Position numbers and translations under genes: made by a program | Assembly: GCA_964199315.1 (NCBI GenBank) | Contig: OZ116705.1 | Span: 16,120,001 to 16,184,000 of the forward strand | Source of the DNA: Orbicella franksi | Taxonomy: Eukaryota | Direction of reading: 5' to 3' | DNA: 64,000 bases | The notes under the pieces: model-generated | Database searches by the model: none | Seen by the model: only the letters and a program-made list of their open reading frames with translations | Told to the model about the DNA's origin: nothing | In this document: positions 26,643-36,347 of the stretch, piece by piece | Numbering within the stretch: the stretch's first letter is position 1 | Layout: every line of letters starts with the position of its first letter

Positions 26643-27921
26643 TTACTTTTTCTTTCCCCATGGAAACCTTGGCTTAGGAATTCTTGGGATGGGTATTCTG
26701 GGTTTCGGAATACGAGGAATGGGGATTCTCGGCTTCGGAATTCGTGGAATTGGGATTCTTGGTTTCGGAATTCGTGGAATTGGGATTCTTGGCTTCGGAA
26801 TTCGTGGAATCGGGATTCTTGGTTTCGGAATTCGTGGAATTGGGATTCTCGGCTTCCAGTGGCGGCTCCAAAACGGGTTTGGTCTTGGATCTTCTTGTAA
26901 CTCATCGTTTCTGAAAAAGAAAACGTAGAAATTTTATCTCAGTTTTTCCGTGAACCACTTAAGCTCCTTTCACAAAGCACGTGAACAAACATAAAAAGAT
27001 TTACATGATAACTAGTGAGAATTATTGATATCTTCTCCGGAGTATTTGACCCTCAAGATGCTAAAACGTAGAGCAGAATATGTGCAGATTTTGGGCCAAT
27101 TATATTGCCATGTAGCCACGCTAAGGGAGTGACGATTAATAGCCGCCGCCTACACAGCTACTTCGTATTGAGCAAGCCACAGGTTGCCATGGCTACAAGC
27201 GAGAATCGCAGCAAAAATAGGGTACAGAGACACTATATTGTGATAAAATTTAAAAAGGAGCGATGTCTGCTTTAAGACGTTTCTTCTTATCTCTACTTTA
27301 AACTATTTGATGTATAAACCCGTCACGTATTCGCTTTAATCAGGATAAACGCGAAGCAATATAAAAAGGGTCTCCCTACAGAGCAATATTAAATGTTTAT
27401 ACTTTTGTTCATTGAAAGGATTCAGTTTTGTTAATCTTCGAAGAGTTGTAAAGTGGACGTTTTGTGCATTTACAGAAAGTTGTTCAACATTGTACAAGCA
27501 TTCAAAGTAAGGTCATTAGTTATGTTCAAACGAATAGTGAAGGGAATGCGCCGCAGCGGTGACATTAGTTTGGAAGTATGAAACAGCAAAAAGAGTGAGC
27601 AAAGGATTGCTGCTGAGAAAAAAAACAAGGCAAGAGCAATAATTGCCAAAATTGCCATTGGTAAAACATAAAAATTAGTTACCCTTCAGAATCTTCTTCG
27701 TCATCCACTTCGTCTTCGTCTTCTTCATCTTCGTCTTCGAAGGCGCTCTCATCATTCAGTTCATCTTCCTGGGCGACGTAGTCACTTGTTTCATCCCTGA
27801 CAGGAAAATCGTTTCCTTGCTCGTACTGAACTGCTGACTCGAATGGACCTTCCGATAAAACAGCTTGCATCAGAAGACCAAGCGAACATCCCACCACGGC
27901 GATCAGAACAAACTTGTTCAT
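26643..27921 (-). CDS. Secreted prepropeptide, 168 aa: signal peptide + acidic propiece + cationic (RIPIPRIPKP)x6 domain with C-terminal GKKK. Candidate proline-rich antimicrobial peptide precursor.
   Basis: Exon 1 is 27921-27683 (acaATG ... GAAGG|gtaact) and exon 2 is 26910-26643 (ttctttttcag|A AAC...TAA), joined in phase 2, 507 nt. Protein: MNKFVLIAVVGCSLGLLMQAVLS-EGPFE...EDEDEVDDEEDSEGNDELQEDPRPNP-FWSRHWKP(RIPIPRIPKP)6RFPWGKKK*. Gene structure is well supported; function is inferred. Confidence 0.88.
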
Positions 27922-27983
27922 TGTGGAGTCTAGTCGGGGGCTGTCGTCCGCCAACTGTGAACTGTTGCTTTCAGCGTGGCACC

Positions 27984-27989
27984 TTTATA
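27984..27989 (-). promoter_or_regulatory. TATA box of the Pro-rich peptide gene
   Basis: Minus strand reads TAGTATAAAGG, ~63 nt upstream of the ATG at 27921, implying a short 5' UTR. Confidence 0.55.
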
Positions 27990-29039
27990 CTAGAAGGACT
28001 CTGGAAAAACTCACGCCCCCAGCTAACGATATTGTTGCCTTCGGTATTTTTTTTTTTTTTTTAGACCTAAGTGGTCAACTAGTATAAATATCTTTATCTT
28101 GCACTAATAATCAATCTTATGGAGTCCTTACGTGATCGATAACATTCCTGGGCCCAATACAATTCGTATCGACGTCCGATTCGTATTGCCACGGAAATAA
28201 CAAGAGGAAATTATGATTGGTGGAATAAGTAAGTTCCCTATTACGCACGGAGAGAGTTACAATGTAATTACGAGCAAATAATTGGCACAAGTTTGGAAGG
28301 TATGCCGAGTTGTACGACAAAAAGACTCATCAAACAATTAAGCTGATTATAATTGCCGTGCTTAGATAAGTTTTCAACTAAATTATCTTTACTTCCGATA
28401 AATTACGAAGGATTGCTTTTCTAAACATGACATGGCAAGAAGCTTTATTCCTGTTTGTTCCTCACGTCAAAATAATTAATGTTTCCTATTTTATACACGA
28501 AATATTGTGATGCAGCTAACAAAACGGACGCCCATATACACCATCTAAGAATTTGTTTTTTTGTTTTGTTTTGTTTTTTTTTTCTGGCCCGAGCTGAATA
28601 ATTACATTTTTCTGCCGATTTTAGGCTGATAATATTCTTGTGAACATTCCTAGATTATAGCATATGACATTCCCGTTTTATTAGCCCTTGTTGGCGTTGA
28701 TTTTGGAGCCAGATCACAAACAATAACGCCTGGTATGGCACACAACCTCGTGCAGAAATGATATTACCATCGCACACATGGTTTGTGCTGCTGTTGAAGT
28801 GTTGTTGTTGTTGTTTTCTTTTTTGGCTATTTTTTTTTTTTTTTAGGTTAGAGAAAAGAAAAACTTTATATACTGTTTACTTAAAAACATGCAATTGTAT
28901 CGTATGTAAAAATTTTCAACACATAAAAATACATTCTTTTCAAAATTTCAGCCTGTGTGTTTTTCTTAACAATATGCTTAGAATTTCGGAAATTTCAACC
29001 TCGAAATTCTTATAACATATATTCCCATAGAAAAAAAGA

Positions 29040-29325
29040 GTGTATCCGACCTCTCTCTGTTTTTCTAAAATATGTCAAGGACTTTTAGCTGTTGCGTTCT
29101 TGTGCCAAATTAGTATGATAAATATTGGTTTACACTTTAGAGATAACGCATGCTTAACCTTTTTTCCCCGTAATATCCGGATCAACTTAGGTTTAAGGGG
29201 CGATTAAGTATTCACTACGATATCACGGTTGAGTTAGGGTCACGAGAGAAATTTGCGAGTTCGGCTTCAACCAAGTCCTGCATTCCCTAAAAACCTCAGA
29301 TGACATTTTCCTCAGTCTATCTTTT
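29040..29325 (-). repeat. Right member of the inverted repeat pair (partner 23605-23890)
   Basis: Reverse-complement match as described for the left member. Confidence 0.8.
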
Positions 29326-31145
29326 AAGAACAGATAATTAAACAGTTATGTTGTATCTGAAGTCTTCAGTAAACATTACGTCTACCGACGACCTAATAGT
29401 CACGTATACTTTGGGAAACGATTGCTCAAGAAGACAGCTAGTTTGAAGACCGACTTTAGGGGCCGTCATACTCACCTGTTACCCGTTTAAGAATCCACTC
29501 CAATAGAGTACCCCGTTTTATTGCCAATCACCTTGTCTTGAATCAGTGCCTATCGACGACTGTTCCGAAAACGCGGAGTGCAGAGTGTTCTTCATTTTTT
29601 TAATTTTTTTTTTTTTTTCCTTAAAGTGAACTGCTAACTGAAAATCGTGAGTTGAATATATTATTTTGACTGAATGAAATATATGCGATATAACAGTCCA
29701 CTTCAGGCGGTGTGAATCTTTTAATAATTATTATGTTTCGTAAATGTCTATTTCTAGTTTATCTATGTATCTAATTCTTCTTTCAATTCACTTATGATTT
29801 TTTTTTAATTTGTATTTTTTTAATCTTTCAAACTGGTTTGATTTTATTGGTCCCGGCTTTGATAACTGATTTGCAAAATCTACTTCTTGATAAGGGGTGG
29901 CGAATGGTCCTTCAAAAACTCTGGGTCTCGTAAAATTTTAGTCGAATTTCACGGATCTCGCAGTCTCGTTTTTTAGCGGTTATGTGCGTCTCGCAGTCTC
30001 GATTTTTCTACGAAGCTGTCTCGGAGTCTCAATTTTTCGCAAGGCTAAGGGTCTCTACGTCCCAATTCGTTCCTTTAACTATTTTTATAAATTACGTATT
30101 GTCTTTACGTGATATGGAATTTCAGTGAAGCAACTTACAAATTTTCTGAGATTTTTCTTTTTTGCCCCATTCAAAATTATTTGCAAAGAGAATCCAGTGG
30201 AGCATAAAGGAGTTAGTCACGATTTGGTCCACAGGTCATGCAACTCGATCACAATCAGTGTTGACCACACAAGACATGAAACTGAAGTTCAAGTGCAACT
30301 CACTAAGTGGTTTTTATTCGTGTCTTTTTCCCCTAATTGATTGAAACAGTTTTCTCTTTCATTCCATTTTAAGTGTAGCGAAAAACAAAGGATTAGCTCT
30401 GTAATTTGGCATCATTAGGGCTCTTCTGTTGATATTTGTTGAAGTCTTTTGTTCCTTCGACAATGAAATTGTATTTTTAACACAATTAAGTTGGAGTTTT
30501 TTTGTTTAACTTTTTTTTTTTTTCTTTTGTCTTCTTCAAATCAGGACACAATAAAGGTAAATTGGTTTTAAAAGATAGGAAATATGAACGTATTCAAAAA
30601 TCATACTTGAAATGCAATACTCATTTGAAATACTACAAATCAACACTTCTTGGTGAATCATCACTTATTGAAAGTCGTGTTTTCTATGTAAGCTACACCT
30701 TGCCGTTATTCATTTCTTTGTTTTTCTTGTCCTGGTGAGCATTTGTTCTTGCAGTCTGCATTTGTCGTCGATGCATTAAATTTCTTCTTTAGAGGAACAA
30801 GAATTTCAAAAGCTTGTAGGGTCACAGAGTTCCAGGTCTTTCAGAAAACACACGGAAAATATCACACTTGAGCGACGTCGAGTTAGCAGAGTCATTAGCT
30901 TTTTATTTCAATGATCACGTCATGGTTCAGGATCTTATTTTACACCGAATGAGTGCAATAAAGCATGGATTTACATCAAATTAGCTTTTTCTTCGGCGCT
31001 GTTGTAGGACATTTTGACAAGATAGGCGACACTCGCATTCTCTTGAGATATCAAAATCAAAATAAAACACACTCGCGGCTGGACATTTTTATATGTCTTT
31101 GGGCGTTAATCCTCTTTGTGTAGATAAGTCGACGGATTTTTAAGA

Positions 31146-31979
31146 TTAAAGGATTTTCTCATCTTTTGCGGTTCTGCTGTTTGAGTTAACGAAATTGGAA
31201 ATTGACGTGCCATTAACAAGACTAGATCTTCGAAGCCACAATGTTATCGTCCACTGTTCCATCGACTTGTGATTGTCTCTTTCGGCAAGAACACTTAACG
31301 CCCGCTTCTTTCTCTGTGTGTACATTTCGATTTGATCTTCCAAGTCTATGATTCGATTCTCGAGATAAGCTTCCAAGTTTTCGCGTTCTTGAGCTCGTGC
31401 AAGCGTTCGCTTTACCTTGTCCTCCAAGAGTTCGATTTGCAGTTCACGAGCGTTTCGAGATCGTTGCCGCTGTTCCAAGACGTACACTCGTTCCTGCATA
31501 TCTAATAATTGTTCATGTAGCTCCCTTGTGCTTGTCTCTGAACGTGTGCACCGTTCTCGAGCCCTTACCGTTTTTCCGAGCAAAGCGTGTTCTCTGTCAA
31601 CGTTCGCTTTATATTTCCTCTCAGCGATTTTCGCTTGCTTTGTGAATGTCGCAATCTTCGTATCGATTTCGCGAGTGTGTTGGCCACCATGTTTCTCTTT
31701 GGGCCCGGTGTTATTTGTCTCTTCGCGAAATCGAATCAGCGCTTTCCATTTGCTTTGTAGGCTGGCGATAAGCGTTTCGATTCTGTCCCGTTGCGAGTCT
31801 CGCTTGCAGATTTGATCTTCCAATTTCGCTTTCAAGCCCATAATTCTATTGAAACTTCCTTCCACATGATGCAGGCTTTCTTTGGCCTTCTCTGCTCTTT
31901 TATCCGCTGCCTGTATCTTGCTTTTTAAAGTAGCCAATTTCTTACGAATGGCGGTAGTGCCTTGAATGTAAAACGCCAT
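31146..31979 (-). CDS. Divergent tropomyosin-like coiled-coil protein, single exon, 277 aa
   Basis: Uninterrupted 834-nt ORF rich in E/K/R/L. N-terminus TAIRKKLATLKSKIQAADKRAEKAKE and late segment RAQERENLEAYLENRIIDLEDQIE resemble tropomyosin ends. Non-coiled tail of ~40 aa. Confidence 0.7.
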   Translation of the reverse strand: MAFYIQGTTAIRKKLATLKSKIQAADKRAEKAKESLHHVEGSFNRIMGLKAKLEDQICKRDSQRDRIETLIASLQSKWKALIRFREETNNTGPKEKHGGQHTREIDTKIATFTKQAKIAERKYKANVDREHALLGKTVRARERCTRSETSTRELHEQLLDMQERVYVLEQRQRSRNARELQIELLEDKVKRTLARAQERENLEAYLENRIIDLEDQIEMYTQRKKRALSVLAERDNHKSMEQWTITLWLRRSSLVNGTSISNFVNSNSRTAKDEKIL

Positions 31980-34900
31980 GTTGTTAGTAATAGTATTGCT
32001 TCCCGGCAGGTCGCTTGTTTTTGTTCGAGATATCTACACATATATTTTTAAAAAATCCCTTTGGCAAGATTGCCACTGTAAAGGGTTTCCCGTTGAGGAT
32101 AGACAACCCTCGTGGAACTCCGAAACGTTGACTTTGAATGGTGCTGTACAATATGTACAGAAGGATTTGTCGACTTAATTGCATGAGCTGAGCTTGATGT
32201 GTATAAAGACCCCTAGATGGCATATGTCATATTAACAAGCGTCACATGACCATGAAGTAAGGGTCATTTTCGTGTGAGATTAGAAGGTCTGCTATATTTC
32301 AGTGGCGAATATTTAATACTTATTCATCTTATACAGGAAAAAAAAATGCACTGAGAGAAGGATTTTCTCTTTATCCTTGCGGTGTGGAAACATAGAAACC
32401 AGCATGTCTGAAGGATCGTCATCCGTGGCGGTCGCCTGGTCTTGTTTGTGTACATATAGCATTTCAGCATCAACATGAGTGTATTTGGAGAATAAATTCA
32501 GTCAGATCATTGGGTGTTTAGGTGTTATCTCGGTCGATAACGTCTAAGAATGATCAAAATGTAAACATGAGGAATGAGTTATCTACCTAGTCGAAGCGAG
32601 GAGCTTTTTGAGACGCGGGTTTTCCCTCGGGATCACAAAATTACAAGTTCTTTGTTGCTTGATGAGCCGGTGGTATGCAAATGTTGGGACATTAAATTCC
32701 AGAAAGACAAAAATGTCCGTTGAAATCAAATGAATAAATAAATAAACAAACTCTAGACAAATGCAATGAAAGCTGTATAGGGAAGCTGTAGCATGTTCTC
32801 CACCGGTGTCTCCTAATCCCGCCCTCGTCGATATTAAAAGTGTAAACTGAACAACTAAGTGTTGTCATTTTATATTTCTTCAATCGTCACCAAGGCTCCT
32901 GCTGTTTTTTGATATTTCAGTAGGTCCGGGAAACACTGTTTGTTGTTCGTTAAGTGTGTTGTGATACCGAATACTCGACTCAACGCACCACTCCCCTGAA
33001 TTCATATCACGGCAACAGTCTGGCATTCTGCCACGAAAAAAAAGTTTCACTGTTTTCAGTGCTTATGAAAGCTGTCAAACTGTGCAATAAATTTTTAGGT
33101 GCTGTTGAATTCCCTGATTTATTTCCACTATCGGTCAGTCCAAAAATGGGCTGAAAACTTGGTCAATCGTCCGTTTTTGGCTCATTATTCACTGTCTCGA
33201 TGAAAACAATCTGAGCAGATTTTTTTCTGCTTGTTATGCCACACTGGTGTTTGAGGTTCGGAGCGGGGGATACCTTTATTATTTAGCCATATAGTGATGT
33301 GCAGGTACTAAAGGGTATGGTTTTTTAGCCGCATTAGTCTAAAGGAGAATAAATTTAAAAATTGCTGGTATAAAATAGTATTTATTTTGCACTTTGGCCG
33401 GGAATTATTACGTTTCTCCGTTATTAATTTGACGCCGTTCTCCTGAGTACCTGAGGCCTTGTTTAGAGACGTGTACTAATATGATTTTAAAGGTCTGTAA
33501 TAGCGCACAGAAAATCAAACATTTGGTCTAACTCTGTATAAACACTCCCTCGCCAAATGTTTCGGAAAGTACCTCTCCTCCCGCCCTACACCCTCACACA
33601 CAAATCCCTTTTGGGGTTTAAGGTCATCACGTTTGGGGGCAGTTCCAAATCTTCAAGCACGTAAAAGTGTTATTTTTGGCCATCATTGGCTTGCCATGTT
33701 GTGTCTGTCACTGCTTATTAGCTAAACGTCCAGTTCATTCGGCCCCCGAGAACTTGCTTTCTTATTGTGGAAACTGTAGATACTTTTCTCGCCAGAAAGA
33801 TTATTTTTGAACTACGTGTTAGGATATGATTTGCCAACGTGGTTGTTTTGATTCACAAGTGAAATGAGAATTAAGGAAAATATGATCTCAGGTGAAAGCT
33901 TTGATTTCAAGTCTCACCTCCCAAGTCAAGGCTCACGGCTGAAACTCCAGAAGTGTAGGAGCTCTTGAAAACTGCTGTTGTTTTATTATTGTAACAGCTG
34001 TTATCAGGTCTCAGAGCCATGTGCATTGTTTCTGTTGCCCACTGAAAAGGTTCAGCACGTGCTTTTCCCCTCGATCACATTGTAACACCGATCACTTATA
34101 GTTTGGGTGACAGAGGCCTTTCGTGCGCGGTTTCAGTTTTCGTTCGAATCTTCCTTTCTGTTTGTCAGCTTTGAGTTTATAATTCTGCTAAATTCATCAG
34201 TTACACCCCATTCATTCCCCTCTATAATGCTATTGTCAGGGACGGATATTTGTCATTGTGATCGTATTCACTTTGCAATGAGAAGATATTCTGGCAAATT
34301 GTTTTGTTACCGGCTGTTATTTTGTTTTGTGCCTGTTTTTTGTTTTGTTTTTTTGTACTTCAAAGACATTTTCTAAACTTAAAATCCACAGTTTCGCCAC
34401 AGTTCGTCTGGATATGACCGGTGGTCTATCAGCGCTTTTGAAAAAATCGTCTGTTCTAGTGACCTTTTCTTTTGTCCATTTTCAGGACAATACATTGGTG
34501 TCCGCCTTGTACAAGCAAACTGAATATTCGGCAAGTTTCCGTGCAGTGAGCTTGAGGGGCAAAAGAAAGTACTCGCTGTTTTTTTTTTTTTTTTTTTACT
34601 CGGTTTTAATTAGTTCTTTTTTGTGAATGTGTCTGTGTTTTACCCGTGTCATCTCATTTAAACCTACATTGGGAGGGACGGGACTTCCTTCCCCTTTAAT
34701 TTCTTTTCCCTTTAGTTTCAATTTTTATCTTCACAAGGTTTCTTGAAAGAAGCCTTTGTTTTCCACTTGCAAGCTAACAAAGCCGATTTTAGTGCCCGGA
34801 AGTGAATTATCTTCGTCTTGTAGAGTGAAAACGGCCTCTTGTATACTTATACACAGAACCTACGTTATACTTAAGTCCTCTCGCCGAGGATTATAATCTT

Positions 34901-35149
34901 TTCAGGGAAATATAACTGGGGAGAGAGAAAAGTTTAAAAAGTTAGAGTTTACAAGCACACTCAAAATCTGAGTCCCTATCTTTTGCTCGGTTTGTTAGTT
35001 GCAAGTCTTTAACTTTGCGTGTTTTATGCTCTTTTTTTACACGAGGCTGGTCCAGGGTACCGGTCAACCACTCAAATCAGATGGGCTTTTTGCTCACACG
35101 AGACTCTCTGTCTGTACCCCCTATGATGCTGATCCGATCCTTTTGGAAA

Positions 35150-35705
35150 AATGGATTTTCTAACAAGCTACAAAAGCTACGAAACCCTGCTGCACTAGTA
35201 ATAACTTCATCGGGCTATGACGTTGATGTCGATTCCTTGTTTCACAAACTGAGCTGAAAAGACTTGCAATCTCAACGTCAAATTCAGAAAGCCCTAATGG
35301 TTTTCAAGTCTTTAAACGGTCTGGTTTCCGAATATCTCACTTCTAAATTTGTAACTCGAAATGAATCAAATTATGTTCTGAGCGACTCGGTTAACAAACT
35401 CGTTTTTCCATTTCCGAGAACTAACTACATGAAAAATAGTTTTAGTTACAGCGGCGCAACCCTTTGAAACAGTTTACCCTGTAACATTAGAGAGTTTGGT
35501 TCATTAAATCAATTTAATCGCTTTCTCTGTCATAATTTTTAAACACACGGCGTTCATGGAAATCAGGTTTATAAGTAGAATACTGTTGTAAGTTAATATA
35601 ATGTTAGGATTAGATTTTTAGGTTTAGGATCTTAGACATTTTATTGGAATTAATTGTACCCGATGAATTTTTTACAGTGTATCAATAATGATTAAAGATT
35701 AAAGA
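35150..35705 (+). mobile_element. LINE (CR1/L2-like) 3' end fragment
   Basis: Decayed frame KLQKLRNPAALVITSSGYD...LFHKLS*KDL...QKALMVFKSLNGLVSEYL...PRTNYMKNSFSYSGATL*NSLP. Ends with a gattaaagattaaagat tail. Confidence 0.85.
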
Positions 35706-36347
35706 TGGAGGCTCGGTTTAGGAATTGTTCAGGTCCAAAGCTGGATCGGTCCCTTACAAGAACTAAGCCTGATTCGTAACTTGGCATAAGCGCGGTACAG
35801 CATTGATCCAGTTAATCACCGCTTCGTTTTTGTATAACAGTCTCCAAGACAATTAGAAAAATAACCTCAACTTCCTCACAACTAGATCATCCACTCTATA
35901 GTAACCGACGTTCAGTAAATTGGGAACCGCGGAGAGAAAAGCATAGAGCGCTGCAGCAACAACAACAACAACAACAGAAAACAACAACAAACAGCAACTA
36001 CTACAAGAACTTATATTTCACCCCAGAGTTATAAAAATTACAATTTCATAGAGTAGAAACGGAAAACAAAAGGGGTGCTATTCTACATGTTTAGGTCAGG
36101 GACACAAAACAAAGAAATACAGACATGCACAGAAAAAAGGGAAGTAAACAAAGTTAAGCTAATTACCAGTAGACTGAAATTCGCTGCTACCCAACTAACT
36201 GAATGTCTGGAACAGGCTATCCCGTCTCTTCTTAGGAGGAAAAGCCTGAGGGTGGAAAGTCTAAGACAGCATGTGGTTATGGTCTTAACCAGATTTATGT
36301 TTCTTTGAAATAATTTCATCCCAATCTGGATAATACAGTTCCTTCAT

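Noticed and set aside
26588-26928. ORFs listed over the 30-bp repeat (GFGIRGIGIL glycine-rich, FRNQES, NWDSW, NSTNSE, ELGFL frames)
   Set aside because: They are shadow frames. Only the unlisted minus-strand RIPIPRIPKP frame has synonymous-only variation and splices in phase to the signal-peptide exon.
27922-27954. N-terminal extension MADDSPRLDST of the listed ORF
   Set aside because: It starts at TTG, not ATG. The ATG at 27921 has good context, begins the signal peptide and fits the TATA spacing.
31397-31815. Plus-strand ORFs of 82 and 132 aa
   Set aside because: Antisense shadows of the tropomyosin-like ORF.
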